Origin: Macrostomum hystrix
Lineage: Eukaryota > Animalia > Platyhelminthes
Assembly: GCA_950097015.1 (NCBI GenBank)
Contig: CATNEN010000039.1
Span: forward strand, 3,906,001 to 3,970,000
Reading direction: 5' to 3'
DNA length: 64,000 nucleotides
Below are positions 27,202-38,347 of this stretch, one piece after another. Positions within the stretch are counted from its first letter, which is position 1; each line of letters starts with the position of its first letter. Below the pieces are notes generated by a model. The model saw nothing but the letters and a program-made list of their open reading frames with translations. It was not told the DNA's origin and searched no databases. The position numbers and the translations under genes are program-made.

Positions 27202-27881
27202 TAGATGCATACCTGCTCGAGAGGCTGCGCGCTGAGCTAAATCGCAGCATCTCCAAACACCTGGAGTCTGGTGAGACCTCTGCACAATCACCTACAAAGT
27301 CCAATCGGAATTGCACTAATAATCCAAGCAAAAATTGTCATTTTACCAAACCATCCAAAACTTATAAACCTGTAGTCAACGGCGTTTCAGGCAAGCTTCT
27401 ATTTAGCTTGACGATTGTCCTTAGTCGAGGCCCCACGAACAGTTCGACACTCAACCCAGTTATCCCCAAGGCCTCACAAACAGGTCCATACTCAACCCAG
27501 TTATCCCCAAGGCCTCACAAACAGGTCCATACTCAACCCAGTTATCCCCAAGGCCTCACAAACAGGTCCATAGTCAACCCAGTTATCCCAGGCCTCACAA
27601 ACAGGTCCATAGTCAACCCAGTTATCCCCAAGGCCCCACAAACAGGTCGACACTCAACCCAGTTATCCCCAAGGCCTTAAACACATCGATAATCGACTAA
27701 TGACTTGCATGGAAACCCTCTGAACCACCTGACCGCACAATGACCCTCAGAGGACGCAGCCAGGCGGAACCTGGCAATGGCAGGCCGGGCGAGGTCGGCC
27801 ACTCGAGTCCCAGAAGCCGGGATTGCCAGCGAAAGTGACTTCTCCTATTTGACCTACCTGAAGAGGAAGTATCTGGTCTGA
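14359..27881 (+). CDS. ANKRD26: ANKRD26-like ankyrin and coiled-coil protein, about 20 exons (e.g. 14359-14558, 15007-~15196, ~15766-15970, ~19918-20334, ~23822-24136, ~24894-25341, ~25444-25792, ~26850-27270, ~27752-27881)
   Basis: N-terminus MMKLFSK..YHAIKEKSLDKIYKAAW..RTALHLACANG matches ANKRD26; Ala/Glu/Arg coiled coil; C-terminal LDAYLLERLRAELNRSISKHL and YLKRKYLV-stop resemble the ANKRD26 C-terminus. Confidence 0.85.
15272..15650 (+). mobile_element. tRNA-derived SINE, full-length, intronic
   Basis: Aligns by eye over its length with 3286-3646; (TTA)n tail. Confidence 0.85.
16190..16415. repeat. 18-bp degenerate tandem repeat (AAGGGAAATCCCACTGGA)
   Basis: Direct periodicity. Confidence 0.75.
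17665..18700. repeat. 27-bp minisatellite (GAGTGGCATTAGTCACAGATGCGAAGA)n
   Basis: Direct periodicity; intronic. Confidence 0.95.
19420..19876. repeat. 40-41-bp minisatellite
   Basis: Unit GAGAATGAGGTGGCTC..ATCAAGGGGTGACTGGGGGTA. Confidence 0.9.
20375..20645. repeat. ~43-bp tandem repeat
   Basis: Unit GAGGTGGCTGTGGAATGAGGTGTTGAAGGAGGAGGCAGGGTGT. Confidence 0.85.
20982..22350. repeat. 31-bp minisatellite (GAACTATTAGGAACACTCGGGTTGCCTGTCA)n
   Basis: Direct periodicity with occasional short units. Confidence 0.95.
23240..23720. repeat. 25-bp minisatellite (CAGCCATCCCGCTAGATCTATTGGG)n
   Basis: Direct periodicity. Confidence 0.95.
24565..24848. repeat. 20-21-bp tandem repeat (CCTGTTAGAAACAGGTGTCAG)
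   Basis: Direct periodicity. Confidence 0.88.
27450..27678. repeat. 41-bp tandem repeat in the last ANKRD26-like intron
   Basis: Unit TCAACCCAGTTATCCCCAAGGCCTCACAAACAGGTCCATAC. Confidence 0.88.
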
Positions 27882-28494
27882 CACCATGGTTACTAATTAA
27901 ACAGATCTATCTACCACACAGCTGTTAAAAATAAAAAACTACTTTTAAGGAAGGGCATTTTAATGGGATGGTTTTCCTAGATTTTGTACTTTTTGCCGAA
28001 TGTCTTGAAGAAGCTCCATATAGAAACCGAATCTGAATTAGTTTCGTTTTTTGCCTCTTTTGTTTTCTTTTTCTTGCTCGAGCTTGATGCTGCAAACTTT
28101 GCCCTCACATGTCCTGAAGCTCTGCGGCAGTTTCTCAGCTTTAGTCTTTTTTTAGTTGTAAATTTCCAGCTGGTTTTCTGGTCTCCATGCGCAGCTTTCT
28201 GTCTTGTGTCACGTTGTGAACTTATTGTTAGTAAATACGTCAAATATAAGTATAAAAAACTATTTTTCTGTTGTCGGATAAGCCTTCATCAAAAGCAATG
28301 TTCTATGTTCTCTTTTATATTCTTTGCTTTGAGGGCAGAATTCGAGTGCAGACAGCACAGCGGCAGCTTTTGAGTACGACTGAAGGCTGCGTACGGCTGT
28401 TCAGTCCATGGACTGGGGTGGGTGCCTTAATTACTCCAAATCAATTAAACAGCTAAGGTAATTATCTTCCAAACGCACACAAGTCGTTCTAGTC

Positions 28495-28560
28495 AAGACG
28501 GAAATCGAACCCCCTTCAAGCCGTGAGTCCGATGCTCCGCCCATTCGGCTACAACGACCA
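28495..28560 (-). mobile_element. tRNA-like head, either a second SINE family or a tRNA pseudogene
   Basis: Minus strand reads GTAGCCGAATGG (A box) ... GGGTTCGATTTCC (B box); no convincing full cloverleaf. Confidence 0.5.
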
Positions 28561-28782
28561 TGCAACTCACAAGCCTCCTATTTTCTCGGGGTTAGGTTTC
28601 CGAAAAATAATAGTATTTTAAAGCGTCATTGTCTGTCTCTCTGTCTCTGTGGCGGTTGAAATAGAGCTGTCAGTTGACCAGTCGCAATGTCCTGTGACAC
28701 GAATGCATGACGTATATTTTCGGACTGTTTTTCTCTTCCAAGAGGCAACAAAGAGCTGGTGAGTGTGGCCGCATTGCATTGC

Positions 28783-29454
28783 TCATGACACAGTCCTGGC
28801 ACTCAGGTAATCCACACAGAGCTGCTTAAAGCGGCCAAGCTCAGTGGTGTAGTCCACGCTGGGGTCCTTGCCGGCCTCGTCCCAGGTGCGCATCTCAAGG
28901 TAGGCGCAGTGATCCGGCAGGCTCTCAAAGTAGTCAGCCTCCGCCGGAGTCATGGCGCCTCCCTGGTGCTCCAGGGTGACTTTGCTGGCGTCGGACAGTT
29001 GCTCTCGGTAGCCTGGCCGCCTAGCAACCAGGTAACGCTTCGCTTGTACATGATTGAGCACGAAGGCGGTAATCTCTGGCGGGAATAGCAAGGACTCCAG
29101 GTAGCGGGCGCCGAGAACGTCGTGATCCACCGTGCCATAGTCTACACCGTCGGTGATCATGCGCGGCACATCCGGATCAACGCCGCTCAGGTGGTGCCCA
29201 ATGTCATGCAGCAGAGCGCCCAGCACAATGTGACTTGGCCGCTGCAGACCCTCGGCAATGAGCGCGCACTGCACCGCGTGCTGACACTTGGAAATGTCCT
29301 CGCCCAGGTAGTTGTCGCTGCCGTGCTTCTCTAACAGATGGAAAACTTCATCAACTCGAGCCTGCAGGCTCAGGTCGGCGGCTGGAGTTGAGCGAGGTGG
29401 CAGCTGGTAGCCGTTGCTGCCAGCACTTTGCTTTGTGTTTTCTGACGCTTTCAT
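28783..29454 (-). CDS. phnZ: PhnZ-like HD-domain diiron oxygenase (2-amino-1-hydroxyethylphosphonate dioxygenase family), single exon
   Basis: YLGEDISxxQHAVQCA, ALLHDIGH, DHDVLGA, HVQAKRYL, LSDASKVTLEHQGG and MRTWDEAGK are the PhnZ/TmpB signature motifs in the expected order. Confidence 0.88.
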   Translation of the reverse strand: MKASENTKQSAGSNGYQLPPRSTPAADLSLQARVDEVFHLLEKHGSDNYLGEDISKCQHAVQCALIAEGLQRPSHIVLGALLHDIGHHLSGVDPDVPRMITDGVDYGTVDHDVLGARYLESLLFPPEITAFVLNHVQAKRYLVARRPGYREQLSDASKVTLEHQGGAMTPAEADYFESLPDHCAYLEMRTWDEAGKDPSVDYTTELGRFKQLCVDYLSARTVS

Positions 29455-30324
29455 TCTCTGTACTGGTTTTTGTGCTTGCTAAATGCTGCCACGCAAAGCT
29501 TATAAATATACGAGCGTAGAAGTAAGATCGCTACTAGAGATAAGTTTATTGTGTACATCTGGCTAAATTCACAAGCCGACTGTCGCTCGAATGATAACAC
29601 GCTTTACTAGGAGTTTAAAACTGTCTGACGGTATGCTGTGCGATAAGTGAATTGAAACAAGCAGCCAAATATAGTACCGTAGAGTGTCATTTGAGATATT
29701 CGGCGTACGTTAGAATAATGCAGCGAGTATTTATCAGCGATCCAGTTTGAAGTTCATTTAAACGAACAAGTAGTTTGTGTGCTATAAAAACAGTATGAAA
29801 AAAGTGCCACACCCTGACACATAATATTACACGTACTACCAATCTGATGAAATCCAAAGCAAAGAAAACTGTTTCGTTTACATCTCTGATACGACTACAA
29901 TGCATAAAAACGATCAGACCCGTGAATGGCTTGCTTTTATAGTCGGGATGCGTGATACAAGAATATCGTACGAGCTCCATGAGCGTGTATGTGTGTACAT
30001 GTGTGTGTGGCTTGACGAGCACTAATTCATGTTCTATGGTACCCAAGTATGTACCGTCTATGGTTCGAAGGTACCACGCCTCGCATTTGGATACGACGCG
30101 CACGACAAAGCTTATAGTTATTGGACCACAAAACGCTTATCAAAACAATATGGCTTTGGGGGAGAATTGTCTGTGGTCAAACCTCTAAAAACTAAAACTG
30201 AAAGCTGACTACAGTCTTTTGCAGCCTAGTTGACACGCTCTCCCAGATGTCTATGGCACAGAATGGTGCCAGGCCGGCAAGCAATAGCGTAGGCCATAAA
30301 AAATTAAACTGTCATAGTCTATGG

Positions 30325-30839
30325 CAGGGGTGGGCAAACTTATTTGCTGGCGGGCCAAAGAGAGAGCCTAAAAGATGACAGCGGGCCGCATTGACTGTAT
30401 AAATATGAGATAGGGGAGAGATGAGACACGGGAGAGATGAGACACAGGAAAGATGGCACACGAGAGAGATGAGACACAGGAGAGATAAGACAGGGAAGAT
30501 ATTAGACACGGGAGAGATTAGACACGGGAGAGATTAGACAGGGAAGAGATTAGACACGGGAGAAATTAGACACGGGAGAGATTAGACACGGGAGAGATTA
30601 GACACGGGAGAGACTAGACACGGGAGAAATTAGACACGGGAGAGACTAGACACGGGAGAGATTAGATACGAGAGCGATGAGACACGGGAGAGATTAGACA
30701 CGGGAGAGATAAGACAGGGAAGAGATTAGATACGAGAGCGATGAAACAGGACACTGTAGATGTCAGAAGGGGCAACGGGCCGGATTTGGGAGCTTCGAGT
30801 GCCGCATCTGGCCCGCGGGCCGGAGTTTGCCCACCCCTG
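30325..30839. mobile_element. Non-autonomous hAT (Charlie-like) MITE with an internal 16-bp minisatellite
   Basis: Perfect 16-bp TIR CAGGGGTGGGCAAACT/AGTTTGCCCACCCCTG; perfect 8-bp TSD GTCTATGG at 30317-30324 and 30840-30847. Confidence 0.93.
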
Positions 30840-32256
30840 GTCTATGGTGAAACCGGCTTTAAACGCATTTGCTGCCCCATTCAAAATATTTTTCATCATG
30901 CATATAAAATCCGATCGCTTGTTTACCGGCCGTTTGATGGGTTTCTTCTAAGTTTGGAATCCGTTGTCTATGGTTGAAACACTACATTCCTTGCCCATTA
31001 AACCATTTAATGAGCTACTCAGGGTACTAATGATTACTAATGAAGTACTAATGAAGGATCTAATGATTTAATCGGATTTCATATAATATAATCGCAATTT
31101 ACTTCATCTTTGCCCGCCTTATTTCAGGCCGGCTTGGTTGGCCTTGGCCGAGCTCTCTCGCCCTCTTCTCCCCGTCCCTGCTTTGTGTGCCCTGAGCCGC
31201 CACCTGATTGGCTAGACGCGGGCGTTGTTTGTTAACCCTGATCCTAGACCTGCGTGGCTTTGCCCCTCCCGCCAATCAGCTCTACGTAGCTTTGCCCGTC
31301 AACCCGGCCAGCCCGTACAACCCTACCCCATGCGTGCTGTGGGCTTGAATTTGGCACACCGCCTCCCCTGTCTGCTCCACTCCCCCAGGTAGCTGCCCTG
31401 TTTTCAGTGATTATCCGCAGCTTACTTAATGGTACTGTAGGCTCGTAAATTGGTACTTCGTCTATACATGCTGCATTTATAGCCTTCAAGGCATCATAGA
31501 GAATAAAAGTTAATAATAATAATAATTTATCACACCTGTCCCAACCGGGCCAGATGTACAGCCGACAGCATGCGAATTGCTATTCGCACGAACTCACTTA
31601 GAGAAATTTAATTCAGCGTACGAACATGGGACAAAAGGCACTGCGTCGAAATCTGATTGCATATTTGGAGACAATTACTTAATCGATACAGAACCTAAGC
31701 TGTATGCCATAAGGGCGAGCTTCCAAGGGGGGGGAGTCTTGCCCAGTCTGGTTAGCCAGATCGATAAGGGAACTTCCATGGTGAAATACCGAAGGTAAGA
31801 CAAGTTGTTTGTGTGACAGAAAAGCAGTACGATTAAATCTACTATGTTCTTGTGCGTGTTGTACTGATTTGCTATCTGCTTGGTATTGAAAGTATACCTG
31901 CAGATAAATACGAGTATAAGACGCAGATCAACGAGTTAAAGTTGGATTGGAAAGACCTTCATGTAGGGTGACTGGTCTTCAAAACGGGGGTGGGTGGGAC
32001 ACTGAACTCGATACGTTTGTCTGCGCCGATTCAGTAGAGAATGAAATTTTCTCCTCTGCTAGCTACAGTTGTCAACTGCGAAACCGGGTGCTGCTACAAA
32101 AGTCACTGAAGCGACTATTTCGTTATCAGCAGGCGCAGAAAAAAGAAAAAACGAACTTGGCGATACGTAAGCAAGCCAAGGCACAGGCCGATGCAGAAGT
32201 GCAAAAGCAGTCAAAGAGCCAGTGGCAGTGTGATAGCATTACAAGCAGCACACGCG

Positions 32257-35200
32257 ATGCTCTCTGAAGCAGTTTCTACCGAGCGAGCAGTCAGCAGTCT
32301 CAAAGAGGTGTACCAGCAAGCCTGCTCACAGGTCGAATCAGAGGTGGCCGAGCCTGAAAAGCACCAGCTGCAGCTCCTGGGCCATCGGCTGTGCGACAGT
32401 GTGGACGATGCCAAGATCAGCCGCATCCGTCGACTCTACGCTGAGTTCTCAGCCGACCCTCGGAATGCCGGACTGCAGGGCGGCTGCGGCGAGATGTGGA
32501 CCTTCAGAGATGGCGGCGACCTGGACATCAGCTTCCCCATGCAGCTGGCGCCGAGAACTCACGAGTCGCAGGTGAAGCTGCGAGATCGGGGAGAGAACGG
32601 AGAGTTCCAACTGGCTATTGAACCGAACGGGAACGAGTCTGAGCTGTGGTACCTGCGAACATTGTGGAGTTGGCGGAAGTCCTACAGCTTGCAGCTTGAT
32701 ATTGTTTATGCCTCCTTGCTTGTCTTCTTCCACATCCTGTTCATCAGCAATGGTGACTGGAAGGTTTGTTGCAGTACTCGTATAAATATTTTTTTATTCA
32801 TTATTCAATAGCAAATCAATATGAACTAAAGTACGAGTATTAAAATCACCCTCGACAGAGATGGATAACGTCAGCCATAGTGATTCCTAATGATTCAGTG
32901 ATCAGCGCCATGTTATCCAGAATGAAAACATCAGCAATCAGCATACCACGATGGCTAGATGGCATTCCAGCCTTGCCAATCCTCAGAGGAATTTCATTTT
33001 TTACGAGAATTCTATCGCCAGTTACATTGCTAAGCAGAATACCAGGGGTGCGAAATCTGCTCGTGAAGCTCAATCCATCGGAGAGTCACGGCCCGGCTGA
33101 TACGGACGATGACATTCGACAGCGCTACGGCAGTATCAAAACAAAGGGCGTGGACATTGTGAGCTTCGTGCCGGCTCCGCCCGATGTCGATCAGCTGCTG
33201 GTCGAGTGGCGGTGCCGACACCAGCGCAGATTCGTCAACTCCCAGCACTTCGACCGACTCGTGCCAGCATGCGGAGATCTCGGAATGGTCATGTTCGACA
33301 CAATGCACCAGCTGTGGCGACTGTCGCTCACCGAGTTCGAGTGCCAGTGGATCAGGAACCTCCCCAAGGAGCAGGGTCTCGTGCTCAGCGTCGCGAAGCT
33401 GCTCGCCAAGGACTCTCAGCTCACCGATGGTCACCCAGTCACCAGCTACCCGATAAAGATGTCATTCTTCTGGTTCGTGTACTTTAGTGCTGACAGCGAC
33501 TGGACTCCACAGAGGGTGTGCTTGAATGCGCTGAAGGTGCTTCGCTTTCTGGAGATTTGCTTCGACAAGAAGAGCTTGCCGAACTACTTCTACCTTGACG
33601 AGAATGTTCTGTGGAAGTACAAGAAGGACGCGACGATTCTGGCTAAAATCCCAGCGACAACAAAGGCAGTGGGTCATTTTCTGAAAAATAATTTGCTCGA
33701 AGAAAAACAGGTGCAAAATAAAATCCACGGAATTGAGAAGCTGTTGGATGTCTTCTGCTCGGGAAAGTTGGAGGCATGGAATCCGTGGAGGACTGGCAAC
33801 TTCTTGGCCACACGAATATACAATTTGGAGTCGTCTCAGGAGACTCGAGTCGGCTTGGCGGCAGTGACGCACGTCTGCCTGATCGTTCTGGTTCAAGTGC
33901 TTATTGTGCCTGTAGCATTGGTGACAAGTAAAGATGCACACTTTAAGCTTCTTGCAAAACTAGGCCTTCTAGCCATTCTAGAATCGCCTATAATTTTGAT
34001 TTCGTTTGCGCTGCTAACTCTGATCCACAGACATTCTCCCTACATTGTTCTGAGTCTTGTAGAAATTCGGAAGCGCCCGCATAACACCAAGTATAAACCG
34101 TATTGTTTTTCTAAGGACGAAATGAGAGAAATATTTTTACAGGTACAAAAAGACTTGGACATTTTATTGACGAAAATTAAGGAAGAAAATAATGCCGCTT
34201 TTGCCAACCAAGCTACCTGCGCTTTAGCTAAACTCAGTGGACTGTTCTCAGCTGAGATAGAGGAAGTGAGCAGACTCAGTGACCATTCGTCTCTGATCTG
34301 TTTTAACCTGCCGGGTGAGAGCCAAATAGCTTCTCCCGTAGATGTGAAAGCATTCAGAGTGCCTGGCAGCGACCTGGTCAGCAGATTGCTCCGCATTCAC
34401 GGAGCGTGGTTCGATGTCGCCTTCACTTTCACTTGCATGGCAGCTGAAGCTATTGTCCTTCATGCGCTAGCTTGTGCTGCAGCACTATCCCAGCGCTATC
34501 ATCATTCCGTTGTCACTTGTTCTGCCTTTTCTGGCAGTGAACTATGACTATTACCGGCGAGACGATTTACGAATAAATATTCTGCGTAGCTTGGGCTCAG
34601 CGCTCTCGAAGCTGCCGATCCGACTGCCGACCCGAGTGGCGAGACTCGCCCACTGCCTGCTGGCTGGGGAAGCCCGCCTGAGAGTTCGCACCGGTCAGCC
34701 AGACGAAACTCTCGTCCTGCTCGATGCGAGGCGGCTCACCTGGAGGCTCTGCACCGACCTGCGTGAGAGACGCGCCCTCGCCTGCATGAGCGGGGGACAC
34801 AAACTGAGCTACTCCGCTGTGCTCAGTCTGGCGAGGAGGCTCGGCGTCACTCGCTCCAACTTTGAGCCGCTCCGAGTGGCATTTCACTGGACAGCGAGCC
34901 TCATGCCCGATCCGCAGCACTGGACTGTGCAAAATTCTCTCCGCAATGCACTGCTGGTGCTCGAGCTGTGCCGCAGGTGCCACCGACGAGCCAGTCTGCC
35001 GAACTTCTTCCATCCTGCAGAGAATGTGGCCCTCGTCCGACCGGAGACATTCAACGGTGTGCCAAATTGTCACGTGATTCTCGCGCACCTGCTGCAGGCA
35101 GACTCATCTGCTGCCCACCGAGCTGAGCTGGTGTCTCGGCTGCGGTGCGAGCTCGAAGCAGTCGCAGAGGAGGAGGAGGTCGCGAACGCGGCTGCGTGGG

Positions 35201-35328
35201 GCGTCGGGATGCTGGCCGCTCGAGTCATCATGCTGGCCGGTGACTTGGCCTTCCATGCTGTCTTCGCTACTGCAATATTCGCATGTGTGACTCCGTTGAT
35301 TCATATGATTAATGCGCCAAGAAGCTGA
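32257..35328 (+). CDS. cGAS-like (Mab-21/cGLR) nucleotidyltransferase with hydrophobic segments, copy A; exons 32257 (or 32191)-32763 and 32859-35328; +1 frameshift near 34470
   Basis: NTase motif LQGGCGE-x8-DLDISF; third acidic residue in GVDIVSF; Mab-21 C-lobe WRLSLTEFE..SYPIKMSFFW..W..LPNYFYLDENVL; second lobe WRLCTDLRE..LPNFFHPAENV. Confidence 0.8.
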
Positions 35329-35717
35329 AATGAGTTCAGGGTCGACTAGGCCTTGCATGTTTTTTCATGTACCAAAACGTTTCCCCGATTTCCTTGCACT
35401 TTCTTGGAAGTGAGTGCCAGACCTCATGTCTAGTAGTTTCAGTTTGCCAACGGCAAGCAAATCTGGAGTGACTTTGGAGTTTACTGATTCCTTTCGTGTT
35501 CGTAGCATTCGTGGCGTTCCCCCGTCTCATTTTTCATAGTATTTGGTCTTCAACAAAGCCACTTCTGTCTGCAATCGCAGCGTGTTTGCATACCTGCTCT
35601 TCTCCCTGGATACAAAGCCTCACACCAATGTCTTGGTTTCCTCAGCGTGGGTCTATTGTCTTGCGACAGACTTCACATTTTTAGGCCATCGGCAGTTAGT
35701 TCTTTAACCAAAACAAA

Positions 35718-37684
35718 ATGATTTGCAAAGCTGGATTATACTTTGCGATCTGCATTGTATTTTACATGATTGGTAAGATTAAGATGGCGTATAATTGATT
35801 ATTGATTGCTTGAAAGCATTCAGATTCATGAGAACCGAATTCAAATTGATTCCTACTGTATATTTGGATGTTTTGCTCATATGAGTAATAAAGCAATGTA
35901 AAACATCTGCCACTTCAGCCAGATTACTAAAAGTGGCAATATTATTTTTGTGCCTGACAAATGTTTTCCTTTGCACAAATTGCTCAAAGTTCGCTGCTGC
36001 GGTCCCGCTGCAGCCACCAGCGGCGTCAGCATTCAGTTACATCGCAGTGGCCCAGTTGAGGTGAACGAGACAGCGATCAGCTGCCTGCTGAATGAGACCG
36101 GACTGCGATCAAGCATCAGGTGTGCAGCCAGGTGTCGCGCTATCAAAACCTGCTCAGCCATCAGTGTGAACAGCATCAGCGGCCTCTGCCAGCTGCTGCT
36201 GCTTGGTGGCTTCGGCTCATCCTGCTGGAGTCGCGTTCGCCGGCTTTTCGGAGCCACGCCGCGGGATCTGGTTTGGAAGGCCACCGATTTCGACTTGCGA
36301 CTGTTCGACTCCATGCCGCTGCCTGAGCACTTTGAAGCTTCGTTCATTAGTAAGGCCTAGAAATTACTTAGACATCACTCAGACATCTGGTGACAAACTT
36401 TCGGGAATTGCAAAGAGATCAGTTTTCTATTTTGCGCACAGATGTCAGCACTGGAAGACTCGGCGCAATCCAATTCTTCACGGTGCCTCGGACCGCTTGC
36501 TACTTCATTGAAGCCCGAGGAGCGAGCGGAGGTGCTTGCGGAATTCAGAGCTCGAAATCTTACCCAGGCGGCAAAGGGGCCAGAATGAATGGCAGTTTCT
36601 TGTTGGACATCGCCGCGGAGTTGTCGGTTGTTGTTGGCCAGGCTGGCACTCAGGCCTCACTAATGGATAATGACGCAGGCGGCGGTGGCGGTGGAGGCAC
36701 TTTTGTGTACCAGACAGCGGACAGGGTTCTACTGTTGGCGGCCGGTGGAGGCGGCGGCGGCAGCGACCATGCTGTTGGTAGGAGAGTTGGTTAATAATAA
36801 TAATAATTGCAGGAGGGCTGCGGTCAATGGCACAACATTTGGTGACTCGAGACCCGCAGCCAGAGAGGAGGCATTTCTGCCCACTCCGTTCACTCCTGAG
36901 CACACTCGCACACGGATACCGTACGCAGGCAGACGCTCACACATCTGCCCTGACTTTCTCATCGTCAGGCGGTGTACACTTCACAGCCCCCAAGACCTCC
37001 GCGGCTGCTCCTCAAATGAATGTGGCTCACCGCGGAATCGAGCTCAGAGGCGCCAGAGGCAATCACGTTATCCGCTCTGCCACCGAACACCTGATCGCAC
37101 CATTCCTTGGTAACTATCTAGAACTCAAAGGTGCAGGTAGAAGCAGGACGCAAATTTGCAAAATTTGTGATTTATCTGAACGAGTGAAGAACCAACTTCC
37201 AGGTACCGATGGTCAGAGCGGCACAAGCGGCTCGGACACCGTGTCTCGGACATTCATCAACAACGCCCTGCTGGACCACGGAGGTGCTAATGGCCGGCCG
37301 GGATTCACCAACGTCTCGGGCACGCCGGCCAATTACAAGCATGGAGGTCCCGGCGCCGGCTGGCTCGGCAAGGCCCCGATGGCACGAAGGGACGCCAGGT
37401 GCGGAGAGCAGGGCGGCGGCATCGACGACGTCTGGGCAGGCGGTCTCGCTGGCACCGGCGGCGGCGACGGTGGCTTTGGTGGTGGTGGTGGCGCCTCTGA
37501 TCAAGAGGGTCCCGGAGGCGGCGGCGGCGGCTACAGCGGCGGTGCCTCTGGCGTCAGAGAGGACACAGCAGGAGGCGGCGGCGGATCCTACTGCTCCGGT
37601 CGCGGCTGCAGAGGAGCCATTGGTGGCAGCAGCGGGCAGCATGGCTCCGTGACGATCACTCTGACTGGAAGGAATTGTAGCTGA
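35718..37684 (+). CDS. Secreted PAN/Apple + ALK/LTK-type glycine-rich domain protein; exons 35718-35772, 35990-36349, 36442-36777 and 37203-37684
   Basis: Signal peptide MICKAGLYFAICIVFYMIV; CAARC..C..C PAN pattern; [57 protein letters not shown] glycine-rich signature; all three introns are phase 1 and in frame. Confidence 0.82.
36792..37087 (-). mobile_element. tRNA-derived SINE in intron 3 of the glycine-rich gene
   Basis: Reverse complement of the 3286 element, including the (TAA)n tail and GGAATCGAGCTCAG. Confidence 0.82.
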
Positions 37685-38347
37685 CTGGCCACTGAAAAAG
37701 CTGCCTGACAGTCGATTCTCATCCATACCTAACATTTCGAACGCGAATTACAAGCGAATCAAGTTATACGAATTATACGAAATTCTAGCTATGTTCGTAG
37801 AATTTTGCGAGCTAAGTTTTGGATTTTAAGACTTGGCTTTGGGTGTTTACTGCTCAGAGCTGCCGAATTCTTTTATACGCCTTATTCTCTAGTTTGATGC
37901 CATGCATCGCATTAACTCACGATGCTTTGCAATGTGTTCCTACTTTGGCTTTGAGATGGACGCTAACCATAGGCCATATAATTTATTTAATTTTCCGCAT
38001 CGCCCGGTTGTCTGCGAAAGTTCGCGTTAATTGCACTATTGCGTCAATTCGTTCTTCCATTATCTTTCTATAACAAAGTTATTTCATAGTCGTTCATCCT
38101 TTCGTAATGCTCGCTTTGAGAAAGATTCTACGTACGCGTCATGCAAACAGGGTATGCAAAAGTGATGAAAGGACGGTCTAGCTGTCTCAAACCAAACAAT
38201 AGAAGACCTGAGAGTTATTGGGTGCTTTTTTTGGTCCTAGCAGGGGTGGAGACAGGTCTTTAGAAGGCTTTGAGACCTAAATAAATGCTCTGAGAGCCTT
38301 CGGACACCGAGCGAATAGTTAGTATTTTATTTCCGCCACTGCTAGCC

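Noticed and set aside
28783-29454. HD protein as a cyclic-dinucleotide phosphodiesterase partner of the neighbouring cGLRs
   Set aside because: Its motifs are specifically PhnZ/TmpB oxygenase type, not HD-GYP or PDE; adjacency alone is not evidence.
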